Part shown: in pieces, positions 1 through 9,619 of the stretch
How the letters are laid out: each line of letters opens with the position of its first letter
Position numbering within the stretch: position 1 is the first letter of the stretch
Source: Lichenihabitans sp.
GTDB taxonomy: Bacteria > Pseudomonadota > Alphaproteobacteria > Rhizobiales > Beijerinckiaceae
NCBI GenBank assembly: GCA_036276175.1
Contig: DATBEH010000040.1
Span: 1,935-65,934 of the forward strand
DNA: 64,000 bases
Reading direction: 5' to 3'
Position numbers and translations under genes: made by a program
The notes under the pieces: model-generated
What the model saw: only the letters and a program-made list of their open reading frames with translations
What the model was told of the DNA's origin: nothing
The model's database searches: none

Positions 1-143
1 ACACGCTGGCCCTGGCGAACCGCCTCAGCGACGTTCTCGGCCTGCGTGTCTCCCTCGAACCGTGCCCGGACGGCGGGGAACTCAGGATCCGCTATCGCAC
101 CCTGGAGGAACTGGAACAGGTCTGCCGGCGCCTCATCCGTTGA
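1..143 (+). CDS. parB: ParB/Spo0J partition protein, C-terminal end (5'-partial)
   Basis: Frame 3 reads TLALANRLSDVLGLRVSLEPCPDGGELRIRYRTLEELEQVCRRLIR*, the typical ParB C-terminal dimerisation segment; not in the ORF track because it is truncated by the window edge. Confidence 0.8.
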   Translation, partial: TLALANRLSDVLGLRVSLEPCPDGGELRIRYRTLEELEQVCRRLIR

Positions 144-173
144 TCCGTTGAGAAGTCAAGAACCTTCGGAGAA

Positions 174-695
174 TCAATGGATTGACCGGTCGTCATCGGC
201 GTCCGGCGCATGCGTCGGCCTCGTGCTGGGCGCCGGGGTCGGCTTCACGCCGGACGTCGGCGTCGCGGGACGGATCGGCGGTGCGGCGAGCTTCGGTGCC
301 GGGGTCATGCAGCGGGAATATCTTCGGCCGCGAGGGATCTTCAGGCGATTGAGCTGACGCTTCACGATCATCTGGTCCGCGCCCATCATGCGGATCTTCT
401 CGATGACATTGCCGGAACGTTCCGAGCGGCGACAATCCTCGAACAGCTCCCATTCCCCCGAGCCGAAGACCGCCTTGCGCAGCATGCAGCGGCCGGCCGG
501 AGAGATGATCTCCCTGGCCGTGTAGGTCCGTAGGCTGGGCGCGGCCGGCGAGCAGATCCGATCGGCCCGGACCCATGTGCCCTCGAAAGGGTAGGGCGTG
601 GTAGCGGCCGCCGCGGAGCCACCGAGCAGGACCAGGACCACCAGCGTGAAGCCGGCACGGCGATGCGACGCGATCGAAGGGCGGGACGGGCTCAT
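174..695 (-). CDS. Secreted hypothetical protein with Pro-rich tail
   Basis: Signal-peptide-like RRAGFTLVVLVLLGGSAAAA, GTW..C motif, four Cys; ATGA overlap with the upstream HTH gene. Confidence 0.7.
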   Translation of the reverse strand: MSPSRPSIASHRRAGFTLVVLVLLGGSAAAATTPYPFEGTWVRADRICSPAAPSLRTYTAREIISPAGRCMLRKAVFGSGEWELFEDCRRSERSGNVIEKIRMMGADQMIVKRQLNRLKIPRGRRYSRCMTPAPKLAAPPIRPATPTSGVKPTPAPSTRPTHAPDADDDRSIH

Positions 696-958
696 TCGTC
701 GTTCGCCGCGTTGAGCTCTTCGAGCGGCAGGGTGCGGGCCGCATCGGGCCTCCCGTCGCGGAAGGTCACGCCGTCCTCGCCCAGAAACGCCACCCCTGCG
801 GCCTCGAACGTGGCGCGGAGCTTCGCGGCCGCCTCCGGTTCACCATGGCCCTGCTCCATTGCCGCGATCGCTTCCGGCGGAACGACCGCATCCCTCGCCA
901 GGCGCTCGACCGTGAGGCCAAGGGCAGCGCGGGCCATTCGGGCTTGAGCAGGTGTCAT
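692..958 (-). CDS. XRE/Cro-like helix-turn-helix protein
   Basis: MTPAQARMARAALGLTVERLA...FEAAGVAF, the pattern of small rhizobial XRE proteins; start set at ATG 958 inside the longer ORF. Confidence 0.85.
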   Translation of the reverse strand: MTPAQARMARAALGLTVERLARDAVVPPEAIAAMEQGHGEPEAAAKLRATFEAAGVAFLGEDGVTFRDGRPDAARTLPLEELNAANDE

Positions 959-1238
959 GCTGGACGTCTCCTTGGGTCCTGTAATGAAGCACGACGCCCC
1001 GCCGGATGCGACACCGTGCTCGCGCCGATCGTCCCGGCCCGGCCGGTCCGGCCTGCGCTGGTGAGATAGAGCGTCGCATCCGCCGCGCAATGTCAACCGC
1101 GAGACATTCAGGCGTGGCACGGACCTTGCTAAACGACGAATGACAGCCGCCGGCGGACCCGAGGGTCCACGGCTTGCGAATGCCCCATTTGAGCCCTATC
1201 ACGTCGTGGGCGATAAGGCGGAGACATAGCGCAGCGCA

Positions 1239-2039
1239 ATGAGACCGTGGCTTCCGGCGCCTTCGACATTCGCGACCTTTCCCGACATCGAGCCATGCCG
1301 GCCCGAGCCGCCCGTCCCCGCGTCGCGCGACGAGCGTCCTCGCAAGCCCGTGCTGATCGTCCTGCACCAGGAGCATTCGACGCCCGGCCGGATCGGCAGG
1401 CTGCTGAGGCTCCTCGGCCACGACCTCGACATCCGCCGCCCTCGTTTCGGCGATCCCCTGCCTGAGACGCTCGAGCAGCACGCCGGCGCCGTCGTCTTCG
1501 GCGGTCCGATGAGCGCCAACGACCCCGATGCCTTCATCAAGGCCGAGATCGACTGGCTCGACGTGCCGCTGAAGGAATCCGTACCGCTGATTGGCATCTG
1601 CCTCGGAGCGCAGATGCTGGCCATGAAGCTCGGCCAGCCCGTGGTCTTCCACCCGGCGGCGCGCGTCGAGATGGGCTACTACCGGGTCGTGCCGACCTCG
1701 GCCGCGGCGGCGGTCGCGGCCGCTCCCTTTCCGACTTGGGTCTATCACTGGCACAGCGAAGGCTTTCAGCTGCCGCACGGCGCCGACTGCCTTGCCGTCG
1801 GCGAGGATTTCGCGTGCCAGGCCTTCGCCTATGGCGACGCCGCCTTCGGGCTGCAGTTCCACCCGGAGGTCACCTACGCGATGATCTGCCGCTGGACGGT
1901 GCGCGGCGCCGCGCGGCTCGCGCTGCCGAATGCCGCTCCGCCGCACAGCCACAAGGAGGATTGGTTCCTGCACGATGCCGTCGTGGCCCGCTGGACCGGA
2001 GCCTTCCTCGCGGCTTGGCTGCGGCGAGGGCGGGCCTGA
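1239..2039 (+). CDS. Class I glutamine amidotransferase-like protein
   Basis: FGGPMSAND, GICLGAQ (catalytic Cys) and QFHPE (His-Glu) motifs. Confidence 0.9.
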   Translation: MRPWLPAPSTFATFPDIEPCRPEPPVPASRDERPRKPVLIVLHQEHSTPGRIGRLLRLLGHDLDIRRPRFGDPLPETLEQHAGAVVFGGPMSANDPDAFIKAEIDWLDVPLKESVPLIGICLGAQMLAMKLGQPVVFHPAARVEMGYYRVVPTSAAAAVAAAPFPTWVYHWHSEGFQLPHGADCLAVGEDFACQAFAYGDAAFGLQFHPEVTYAMICRWTVRGAARLALPNAAPPHSHKEDWFLHDAVVARWTGAFLAAWLRRGRA

Positions 2040-2061
2040 AAAGGTCGCCGCGTCGGTCGGT

Positions 2062-4488
2062 CTATTCGGCGGCGGCGGACCGGCCTTTCCGAGCATCGCC
2101 GGGCTCGGCCTCCCTGGCCTTGGCGCTCAGCCAGGCATCGAGCTTGTCGAGCGCGGGGCTGGTCACGGTCGGCGGGGCGGGCGCTGCAATCAGCCCCATC
2201 TGCTTGAAGCCGGCATAGATCTCGAACAGCAGGTCGCTCGTGACCCGCGTGGCCCCGTCGACATCCTCGACGTAACAGATGAGCTCCAGGTGGATGTGCG
2301 TCTCCGTCATGGCGGTGAAGAAGAGCTGCGGCGTCGGGATGGCGAGGACCAGGTCGTGCGCCTTGGCGGTCTTGACCAGCATGGTCCGAATGTCTTCCGG
2401 GTCGGTCGTCACCGGCAGGACGAAGGGCAGGTCGATGCGGCCGATGCGGTCGTTGCGCACCCAGTTCTTGACCGTGCCGGTGACGAGGCTCGCATTGGGC
2501 ATGACGACGAGGGCGCGGTCGAAGGTCTCGATCTCGGTCGAGCGCACGTTGATGCGCCGCACGTAGCCCTGCTCGCCGCCGACCGTGATCCGATCGCCGA
2601 CCCGCACCGCCCGCTCCCACAGCAGGATCAGCCCGGAGACGAAATTATTGGTGATCGTCTGCAGGCCGAGACCGATGCCGACCGACAGGCCGCCGGCCAC
2701 GATGGTGAGCTTCTCGAGCCCGACGCCCATGTGAGCCAGGCCGACCGCCAGCGCGAGCACGGCGCCGACATAGCCGAGCGAGGTCTTGATCGAGTTGCGC
2801 AGGCCGGCGTCGAGCTTGGTGTGCGGCAGATACTTGACGTCGAGCCAACGCTGCAGGGTGCGCGTGGCGCCGATGCAGAAGGCGAACAGCAGGATCGAGA
2901 CGACGATCGTCGAGATCGAGATGGTGACGTCGCCGACCGAGAAGCCGAAGAAGGCGGCGTTCAGGGTGGCGAGCATATCGCCCGATTCGAACTGCCAGGG
3001 CGCCAGCACCAGCAGCACGGTCGCCACATAGAGCACGATCTTGGCGAGGCCGGCGAACAGAATGCCAATCTGCTCCAGCGTGGCGGCGCGCAGGCCCATG
3101 CCGGCGATCAGCATCCGGCCGAGGCCGCCCTTGGGCCGGAGCGCGAAGGCGATCCCTTCGTCGGCCAGCGTCAGCAGGATGTAGAGGAGTGCCAGCGTGC
3201 CTGCGACGGCGATGACCTGCTCGACCAGGAACGAGGCGAAAGCCACATAGCCGATCACGACCGCGCCGATCAGCGCGGCGATGACCGACCAGGCGATCAA
3301 CCGCAGGATCGTCGTCCAGTGGTTCATCTGCGGCGTGCGGACCATGTCCTTGATCGCCGCCGCGGCTCGATGCGCCTTGCGGGTCTCGAGCAGCAGGACG
3401 ATCGCCACCGCGAGGGCGCCGAGGCCGCGCGTCGCCACCGCCGTCGGCACGGCGACGCCGATCAGCTCGTTGAGCGCCTCGACGAGCTTCTGCACGGCGA
3501 CCACGACCGAGACCGAGATGGTCACGTGGTAGAGCGTCTTGGCGCCGATGTCGGAGAGCGGGACCAGACGCCAGTTCGGGCTCTTCGGCGCCAGCAGGCC
3601 GCGGCTGATCCCGGTCATCACGGCCACGACCGCAACGCCGATCGTCAGGGCATGCCCGATCTGCTGGAACTGGGTCGGCAGGCCGAAGAGCTCGACGAGA
3701 CCGCCGAGCGCCAGCACCGCGAGGATCGGCACGCTCGCCGTGGCGGCAGCGACCCGGATCGCCGCCAGGGCCTTGCGCAGGCGGCTCGGGTCGGCGGTCT
3801 CCCCCCGGCTGCGGATGCGGCACGCGACCAGCCACGACGGCCAGTAGAGCAGCGCCAGCGCGGCGAGAAGTCCGCCGAGACCGCCGCGCTGCAGGCCCGA
3901 CAGCCTGTTCCACGAGGCCTCGGTGAAATCGACGGTCAGTGTCGACAGGGCGCGGTAGTCCGAAGGCAGGTCGGCGACGACACCGCTCCACAGGGCCGGG
4001 CTGAAGAGGCTGGCCGAGCGGGCCAGCAGCGCGTGGGTGAAGAGCGCCCGGCGGCGCGCCACGAGCCCGTCGCTGATCTGACCCGCCTGCACGGCGAGCA
4101 CCCTGGCGCGTTTGACCGCCGCGTCGAGGTCGTCGAAGAGCTTCTGTTGCGCGGACCGTTCCTTCGACACGTCCGCGGGCTCGGGCGGCGCCTTGGGGTC
4201 GGGGGCCGGGCCGAGCTGGGTCAGGCGCGCCTTGACCGCGTCGACCCGGGGCGCCAGTTCCGCGGCGATGCCGGTGGCCTGGGCGGCGACCGGGTCGATC
4301 TCGTTGCGCAGCGCCACGAGCGTCGCGTCGGACAGGTCGCCGCGTCCCAGCCGGGCCTCGACGCCGTCGATCGTGGCCTTCAGCGCATCGAGCTTCGCGC
4401 CGGCGCTCGGCGACACCTGCTCCTGCGCCAGGGCAGGGGGCAAGGCCAGGAAGACCAGAGCCAGCAGAGCGAGAGCCAGTTGCCGCAA
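2062..4488 (-). CDS. Large MscS-family mechanosensitive channel with periplasmic N-terminal domain (DUF3772-like)
   Basis: Signal peptide, coiled-coil region, many TM helices and MscS core GLSVGIGLGLQ...NFVSGLILLWER..VGD. Confidence 0.92.
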   Translation of the reverse strand: MRQLALALLALVFLALPPALAQEQVSPSAGAKLDALKATIDGVEARLGRGDLSDATLVALRNEIDPVAAQATGIAAELAPRVDAVKARLTQLGPAPDPKAPPEPADVSKERSAQQKLFDDLDAAVKRARVLAVQAGQISDGLVARRRALFTHALLARSASLFSPALWSGVVADLPSDYRALSTLTVDFTEASWNRLSGLQRGGLGGLLAALALLYWPSWLVACRIRSRGETADPSRLRKALAAIRVAAATASVPILAVLALGGLVELFGLPTQFQQIGHALTIGVAVVAVMTGISRGLLAPKSPNWRLVPLSDIGAKTLYHVTISVSVVVAVQKLVEALNELIGVAVPTAVATRGLGALAVAIVLLLETRKAHRAAAAIKDMVRTPQMNHWTTILRLIAWSVIAALIGAVVIGYVAFASFLVEQVIAVAGTLALLYILLTLADEGIAFALRPKGGLGRMLIAGMGLRAATLEQIGILFAGLAKIVLYVATVLLVLAPWQFESGDMLATLNAAFFGFSVGDVTISISTIVVSILLFAFCIGATRTLQRWLDVKYLPHTKLDAGLRNSIKTSLGYVGAVLALAVGLAHMGVGLEKLTIVAGGLSVGIGLGLQTITNNFVSGLILLWERAVRVGDRITVGGEQGYVRRINVRSTEIETFDRALVVMPNASLVTGTVKNWVRNDRIGRIDLPFVLPVTTDPEDIRTMLVKTAKAHDLVLAIPTPQLFFTAMTETHIHLELICYVEDVDGATRVTSDLLFEIYAGFKQMGLIAAPAPPTVTSPALDKLDAWLSAKAREAEPGDARKGRSAAAE

Positions 4489-4549
4489 ATCTACACCTTC
4501 CCGTCACGACGCGGCGGACCTCGCCGTTCGGCTCCGGACCGTCCGGTCC

Positions 4550-5605
4550 TCAATAGAGCGGATCGAGGCGTACCGGCGTCTTGAACGGTCCGATCGACAT
4601 CCGACCGTCGGCGAGGGTCACCGGCAGGGGAATGGCTCCGATCATCGACTTCCCTGGCTCGGACGATTTGCGTCCGAGCAGACCGGCCAGGGCACCGCCG
4701 ACCGACACGGCGTGGAGCGGCAATCCCAGGCGGGTCGCGACGCTCTCGTAGCCCGAGACCGCGGTCTGCAGACGGCCGCTCAGCCGGTGCTCCGCATCGA
4801 GCCCGAGCACCCCCTGCGCCTCTGCCTTCAGGTCACCCTTGGTCAGTTTCAGCGTATCGAGATCGAAGGCGCCGCCGCCCTGGCGCCATCGCTCGAGCAG
4901 CCGCGGCCAAGGCTCGAACGCCGTGTCCTGAACCGCCGTGACGACCCCCCGCTGTTCGACCGAGAGCGGATCGGGCGTCCCCAGAACGGCGTCGAGGGCC
5001 GGACACGCGGCGTCGAAAAGGTCGAGCCAGATTTCGTAGGCCCGGTCCGCCGGCGGCCGGGACGGTGCCGGCCCGGCGCGCAATTCCGCATGACGGACGC
5101 GGTTCGTGCGGCCATCGGCACCGGTCGCCGTCAGGTCGTCGGCCACCAGCGCGACGCGGGCGCGATCGTCCGAGAGCAACCTCGCCTCGATCAGCAAGGC
5201 GGCCCAGTTCGCCGCCATATCGCCCTCGCCCTCGCGCGTGAGGGTGAGGGGACCTCTGATCCAGGCGTCGACCGCCTTGGGCTGGTAGAGCACGACCTCG
5301 GCATCGAGCGCGCCGAAGGTCGCCGTCACCTCGACTCCGCCCACCTTGCCGCTGAAGGCCGGATGGGTGCAGGAGATGTGCAGGTCGAGGGGGAAGCCGG
5401 CGATGGTGCGGTTGGGGCATGACCAATCGCGGCCGTGCGTCGCCTCGGACGCCATCCACCGGTCCATGCGGCTGGCGGCTTCATAGCGGGCGAACAGCCA
5501 GAGAGCCGACCAGCCGACCACCAGGATCGTCAGCGACAGCAGGCACAGCGACAGCCAGGGCCGGCGTCGGCGGCCGGTCCGTAGGACGAGCGTATCGAGC
5601 GTCAT
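4550..5605 (-). CDS. DUF2125 family protein
   Basis: N-terminal TM anchor WSALWLFA, IAGFPLDL, ending GPFKTPVRLDPLY; usual neighbour of chaC; start set at ATG 5605. Confidence 0.8.
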   Translation of the reverse strand: MTLDTLVLRTGRRRRPWLSLCLLSLTILVVGWSALWLFARYEAASRMDRWMASEATHGRDWSCPNRTIAGFPLDLHISCTHPAFSGKVGGVEVTATFGALDAEVVLYQPKAVDAWIRGPLTLTREGEGDMAANWAALLIEARLLSDDRARVALVADDLTATGADGRTNRVRHAELRAGPAPSRPPADRAYEIWLDLFDAACPALDAVLGTPDPLSVEQRGVVTAVQDTAFEPWPRLLERWRQGGGAFDLDTLKLTKGDLKAEAQGVLGLDAEHRLSGRLQTAVSGYESVATRLGLPLHAVSVGGALAGLLGRKSSEPGKSMIGAIPLPVTLADGRMSIGPFKTPVRLDPLY

Positions 5606-5736
5606 GGCGCCTCGCCGGGCGGGGCGACATCGGTGCGCCGACTTGACGCGGCGCCATCTTTCCCGCGAAGCAGGCGATGCCGCCACCGCCGAGCGGTCGG
5701 CGGGGCGAGGCTGGGCCCGAAACGGAGAGAACGACG

Positions 5737-6336
5737 ATGCCGCAAGCGGGCGCCGATCGGGACCTGTGGATCTTCGCCTACGGCTCTTTGATGTGGCGTC
5801 CCGATTTCGCCTATGCGGAGCGGCGAAGAGCGCGCGTCTACGGCTTCCATCGGGCCCTCTGCATCTATTCGCACCACTGGCGCGGCACCGCGGAGCGTCC
5901 GGGCCTGGTGCTCGGCCTCGACCGCGGCGGCTCCTGCGTTGGACTGTGCTTTCGTATCGCACGAGAGGCGTCGGCCGCAACCCTCGCCGCGGTCCGCGAG
6001 CGCGAACTGGTGACCGGGGTTTACGAGGAAATTGCGGCGCCCGTGCGCCTCGAGCATGGAGAGCGCCTCATGGCGCTGACCTATGTGGCCCGTCGCGGCC
6101 ACGCCCAATATGCCGGCGGACTGCCGGCGGCCGAACAGGCGCGGCTGGTCCGCCAGGGTCGCGGCATCGCCGGCTCGAACCTCGACTATATCCGCAATAC
6201 CTGCCGCCACCTCGAAGACCTCGGCATCCGCGACGCGCGGCTCGGCGGTCTGACGGCCGCGGTCACATCCCCCGTAGCTGGCTCAGGCGAGGCCGAGCAG
6301 CGCCCGGCCGGCATCGGTGAGGACATAGAGCACTGA
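5737..6336 (+). CDS. chaC: Gamma-glutamylcyclotransferase (ChaC-like)
   Basis: LWIFAYGSLMWRP, RGTAERPGLVLGLDRGGSC, G.N.DY motifs. Confidence 0.92.
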   Translation: MPQAGADRDLWIFAYGSLMWRPDFAYAERRRARVYGFHRALCIYSHHWRGTAERPGLVLGLDRGGSCVGLCFRIAREASAATLAAVRERELVTGVYEEIAAPVRLEHGERLMALTYVARRGHAQYAGGLPAAEQARLVRQGRGIAGSNLDYIRNTCRHLEDLGIRDARLGGLTAAVTSPVAGSGEAEQRPAGIGEDIEH

Positions 6337-6549
6337 GACGCCGCCGCGGATCTCCTTCGGCGGATCGACGATCAACGCCCGGCACCAGCCGCGCTTGACG
6401 CAGCGCCCGATCGGCCCGGCGCTGATCTGGCGCGGGCCGCCGAGCAGGGTGCGCATGAGGGCGATTTCCGCCTGCCGGGGGCCGCGGCGGGTTGTGGAGC
6501 GGCGTGACAGCGGCAGGGTTTCGTCTCCGTCTCGAACGCGCTGCAGCAT
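6283..6549 (-). CDS. Small hypothetical protein, possible winged-helix
   Basis: Ends VKRGWCRA...YVLTDAGRALL, a wing-type motif; overlaps the chaC 3' end by 54 bp; start uncertain. Confidence 0.4.
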   Translation of the reverse strand: MLQRVRDGDETLPLSRRSTTRRGPRQAEIALMRTLLGGPRQISAGPIGRCVKRGWCRALIVDPPKEIRGGVSVLYVLTDAGRALLGLA

Positions 6550-6640
6550 CGTTCGCTTTCCCGTCGCCCGCGGATCCGGCGGACCCGCAACTTTTGTCGC
6601 GTCTCCAGCGTCTTCGCTCAACACGGCGTAATTGTGTTAG

Positions 6641-6657
6641 AACGATACGGTTACGTT
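6641..6657. promoter_or_regulatory. Imperfect palindrome, putative TetR operator
   Basis: AACGATACGGTTACGTT is dyad-symmetric and lies about 95 bp upstream of the TetR gene. Confidence 0.5.
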
Positions 6658-6750
6658 ATGTTATCGGCCTCGGGGTCGACCGGGTGTCGCGGTTCACGTT
6701 GGAGCCACGGGCAGGCTCGGCCGACGCACACGACGGGAAAGCGCGACACC

Positions 6751-7419
6751 ATGGCGGAGGCGGCGGTCAGGACGCGGCGCGGGGCAGGGGGCCGCCCCAC
6801 GCGTGAGGAGGCAGTCCGGCGTGAGGAACGCGTGCTCGACGTCGCGTCCGCCATGTTCCTGGACCACGGGTTCGACGGCACGGCGATCGATGCGATTGCC
6901 GCGAGGGCCGGCATCGGCAAGCCGTCGCTCTATGCGCGCTACGGTGACAAGCAAGGCCTGTTCATCGCCGTGCTGCGCCGCCGGCTCAAGCAATGGATCA
7001 GACCCTTCGCCGGGCTGACCCCCGACCATGACCGGCCCCTTGGGCGGGCGCAGGTCCGCGAGGTGCTGGAATCCTTCGGCCGGCACATCGTCGACGGCTG
7101 CCTGAAACCCGAGACGATCGCGCTCGGCCGTATCCTCACCTCGGAGGCCACGCGCTTTCCGGAGCTCGCGCGCGTCCTGCACGAAGAGGGCTGGATGCAG
7201 GGCGTTCGCTGCCTCGCCGCCTTCCTCGAACAGGCGATCGATTTCTCGAAGAGCGAGGTCGGCGATCCGGAGCTCGCGGCCGACCTGTTCTTCAGCTTGA
7301 TGCTCGGCCGGCTGTCACGCCAGGCGCTGCTCGGCATCCCGGTCGATCCGTGCACCCTCGACGCCCGCGTCGAGGCGGCGGTGGCGATCTTCCTCGGTTC
7401 AGGCTTTGCCTTGCGGTAA
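6751..7419 (+). CDS. TetR/AcrR family transcriptional regulator
   Basis: F..HGFDGTAIDAIAARAGIGKPSLYARYGDKQGLF HTH; C-terminal E..RFPELA. Confidence 0.93.
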   Translation: MAEAAVRTRRGAGGRPTREEAVRREERVLDVASAMFLDHGFDGTAIDAIAARAGIGKPSLYARYGDKQGLFIAVLRRRLKQWIRPFAGLTPDHDRPLGRAQVREVLESFGRHIVDGCLKPETIALGRILTSEATRFPELARVLHEEGWMQGVRCLAAFLEQAIDFSKSEVGDPELAADLFFSLMLGRLSRQALLGIPVDPCTLDARVEAAVAIFLGSGFALR

Positions 7420-7757
7420 CGTTGACAGCGGCCGACCAGACTCTTCAGATCGGCACAGTTCGCAAGATCGGACCGAACGTGTCGAACACTATACGGCCCG
7501 ATTCGCCGCCGCCGAACCGAAATGTGGCCCCGTCTGTGCCACGTGACCTGCGACGCCTCGAATTTTCGAGCGAACTTACAGGGCAGCGACGAATCTATAC
7601 ACAAAATAATTTAGCAAGCTAAGAGCCTATCGCGTCTCACGATTTTTTTAATGAATCGTATTTTCTTAAATTGCCATCTTTGTGAACAATAATCCATCAA
7701 CCATTCGGTAATTATCGTTAATTATCTACTTATTATGAAGACCAAACAGGCGCGACC

Positions 7758-8225
7758 ATGAACTGTTTTCGTCACCTCAAAGTCCTAGTCGTCGACCATG
7801 ACCCCATATTCCCGATACTTACACGGGAGTTTCTCAAGCTTATCGGATTCGAATCCGTAAGTACTGCCAGCGATGTCGTCCAAGCAATCGATATTGTGAC
7901 GACTGATCGGCATGATGTGGTGATCGTGGAAGACGAGAAGGCATACGATGGTCTGCTCGATGTCTTGCGACGACGGCAACACAAGGATTGTCTCATCCTG
8001 ACGTGTGCTTTCGCTCGGAGCGACGAACACGTCCTGAAGCCGATCAAAGGTGGAACCGACGGTTTCATCGGCAAGCCGTTCACGCCGTCGATGCTCCATC
8101 GATCGCTGACGGCAGCGTTGGCCGGCCCCGCCGGGCGTCGCCTCAAGGTCGTGGATCTCTCGGCGGTGCGCAGGTCCAACCGGAGCGTCGCCGCATCCTC
8201 CGGGCGCGGAGGCCTCGCCCGATAG
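7758..8225 (+). CDS. Single-domain response regulator (atypical receiver)
   Basis: LKVLVVDHD...DVVIVED...LT...FIGKPF receiver fold; lower GC than neighbours, AT-rich upstream. Confidence 0.8.
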   Translation: MNCFRHLKVLVVDHDPIFPILTREFLKLIGFESVSTASDVVQAIDIVTTDRHDVVIVEDEKAYDGLLDVLRRRQHKDCLILTCAFARSDEHVLKPIKGGTDGFIGKPFTPSMLHRSLTAALAGPAGRRLKVVDLSAVRRSNRSVAASSGRGGLAR

Positions 8226-8409
8226 CCGCGAACGCGTCGGCGCCACGTGGGGCAATCGGGTGAAGCTTCCTCCCCTGCGCAGCGGATGAATGGGGGAGGA
8301 CGCGCCGTGCCTCCTTTACCCGATTGCCCTGCGACGCCGCGTGTCCGCGATTGACTTTGGTCGGAACGGTCCGGTAGATCGCCCGGCCCGCCGCTCAAGC
8401 CCGCATCGG

Positions 8410-9597
8410 ATGACCTCCACCTCTCGACCCTCCGCGGGCCTGTCGCCCGTCGATCGCGCCGCGACCATCGTGGCCCATGACGGCGATCACGCCTTCGAGG
8501 CGGTGGTGCCGCCGATCGTCCAGACGTCGCTCTTTACCTTCGCCTGCGTCGCCGACATGCGCGACACCTACGCGGGCCGCAAGAGGCGGCCGGTCTATTC
8601 GCGCACCACCAACCCGACGGTCGAGGCCTTCGAGGCCAAGATGGCGGCGCTCGAAATGACCGATGCGGCCATCGGCTTCCCCTCCGGCATGGCGGCCATT
8701 TCCGGCGCGGTGCTGGCCTTCGTCGAGCCCGGCGATCGCATCGTCGCGGTGCGCCATCTCTATCCCGATGCCTACCGCCTGTTCGAGACGCTGCTGAGGC
8801 GCCTGCGCGTTACCGTCGATTACGTCGACGGCAACGATCATGCGGCGGTCGAGCGCGCCCTTCCCGGCGCCAGGCTGTTCTACATGGAGAGCCCGACCTC
8901 CTGGACCATGGAGGCGCATGACGTCGGCGCCCTGGCGGCCCTCGCCAGGCGGCACGGCGCGCTGAGGCTCATCGACAACAGCTGGGCGACGCCGGTCTTC
9001 CAGCAGCCGGCGGCGCTCGGCGTCGACCTCGTCATCCATTCGGCCTCGAAATATATCGGCGGCCATTCCGACACGGTGGCGGGCGTCGTGGCGGGCCGCG
9101 CCGACCTCATCGACACCATCCGCCGCACCATCTGCCCCTATATCGGGGCCAAGCTCGCGCCGTTCGAGGCTTGGCTGCTGCTGCGCGGGCTGCGCACGCT
9201 TCCCGTGCGCATCGTCCAGCACCAGGGATCGGCGATGATGATCGCCCAACGCCTGCACGATCATCCGGCCGTCACCGCGGTTTTTCATCCCGGGCTGCGC
9301 GGCCCGCTGCCCCCCGGCCTCTACGGCACCTCGGGCCTATTCTCCTTCACGGTCGACGGCTCGATCGACATTCCGCGCTTCTGCGACGCGTTGCGCTATT
9401 TCAAGCTCGGCGTCTCGTGGGGCGGCCACGAGAGCCTCGTCGTGCCGGCGCTCGTCGCCCGCGCCCAGGCGGCGGGTCCCAATTCGGCGCTCGATTTCGG
9501 CGTGCCCGACACGATGGTCCGGCTGCATGTCGGACTCGAAAACCCGGACGTCCTGTGGGAAGATCTCGCCAACGCCATGGGCGAGGCCCGCTTCTGA
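8410..9597 (+). CDS. PLP-dependent Cys/Met metabolism enzyme (cystathionine beta-lyase/gamma-synthase family)
   Basis: YSRTTNPT, SGMAAI, ESPTS, IDNSWATP, HSASKYIGGHSD (PLP lysine), LGVSWGGHESL, RLHVGLE. Confidence 0.93.
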   Translation: MTSTSRPSAGLSPVDRAATIVAHDGDHAFEAVVPPIVQTSLFTFACVADMRDTYAGRKRRPVYSRTTNPTVEAFEAKMAALEMTDAAIGFPSGMAAISGAVLAFVEPGDRIVAVRHLYPDAYRLFETLLRRLRVTVDYVDGNDHAAVERALPGARLFYMESPTSWTMEAHDVGALAALARRHGALRLIDNSWATPVFQQPAALGVDLVIHSASKYIGGHSDTVAGVVAGRADLIDTIRRTICPYIGAKLAPFEAWLLLRGLRTLPVRIVQHQGSAMMIAQRLHDHPAVTAVFHPGLRGPLPPGLYGTSGLFSFTVDGSIDIPRFCDALRYFKLGVSWGGHESLVVPALVARAQAAGPNSALDFGVPDTMVRLHVGLENPDVLWEDLANAMGEARF

Positions 9598-9619
9598 AGG
9601 CCGCATAGGGGGAGTTCCG

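Noticed and set aside
1930-4584. 884-aa plus-strand ORF
   Set aside because: Antisense shadow of the mscS gene; typical of high-GC codon bias, with no recognisable motifs.
7430-7604. Possible gene remnant on the minus strand (start of ORF 6939..7604)
   Set aside because: No frame gives a recognisable domain; most of the ORF is antisense to the TetR gene.
7690-7735. CtrA boxes upstream of the atypical receiver
   Set aside because: Best match TCAA-N7-GTAA has two mismatches in an AT-rich tract, so chance is likely; not listed as a feature.
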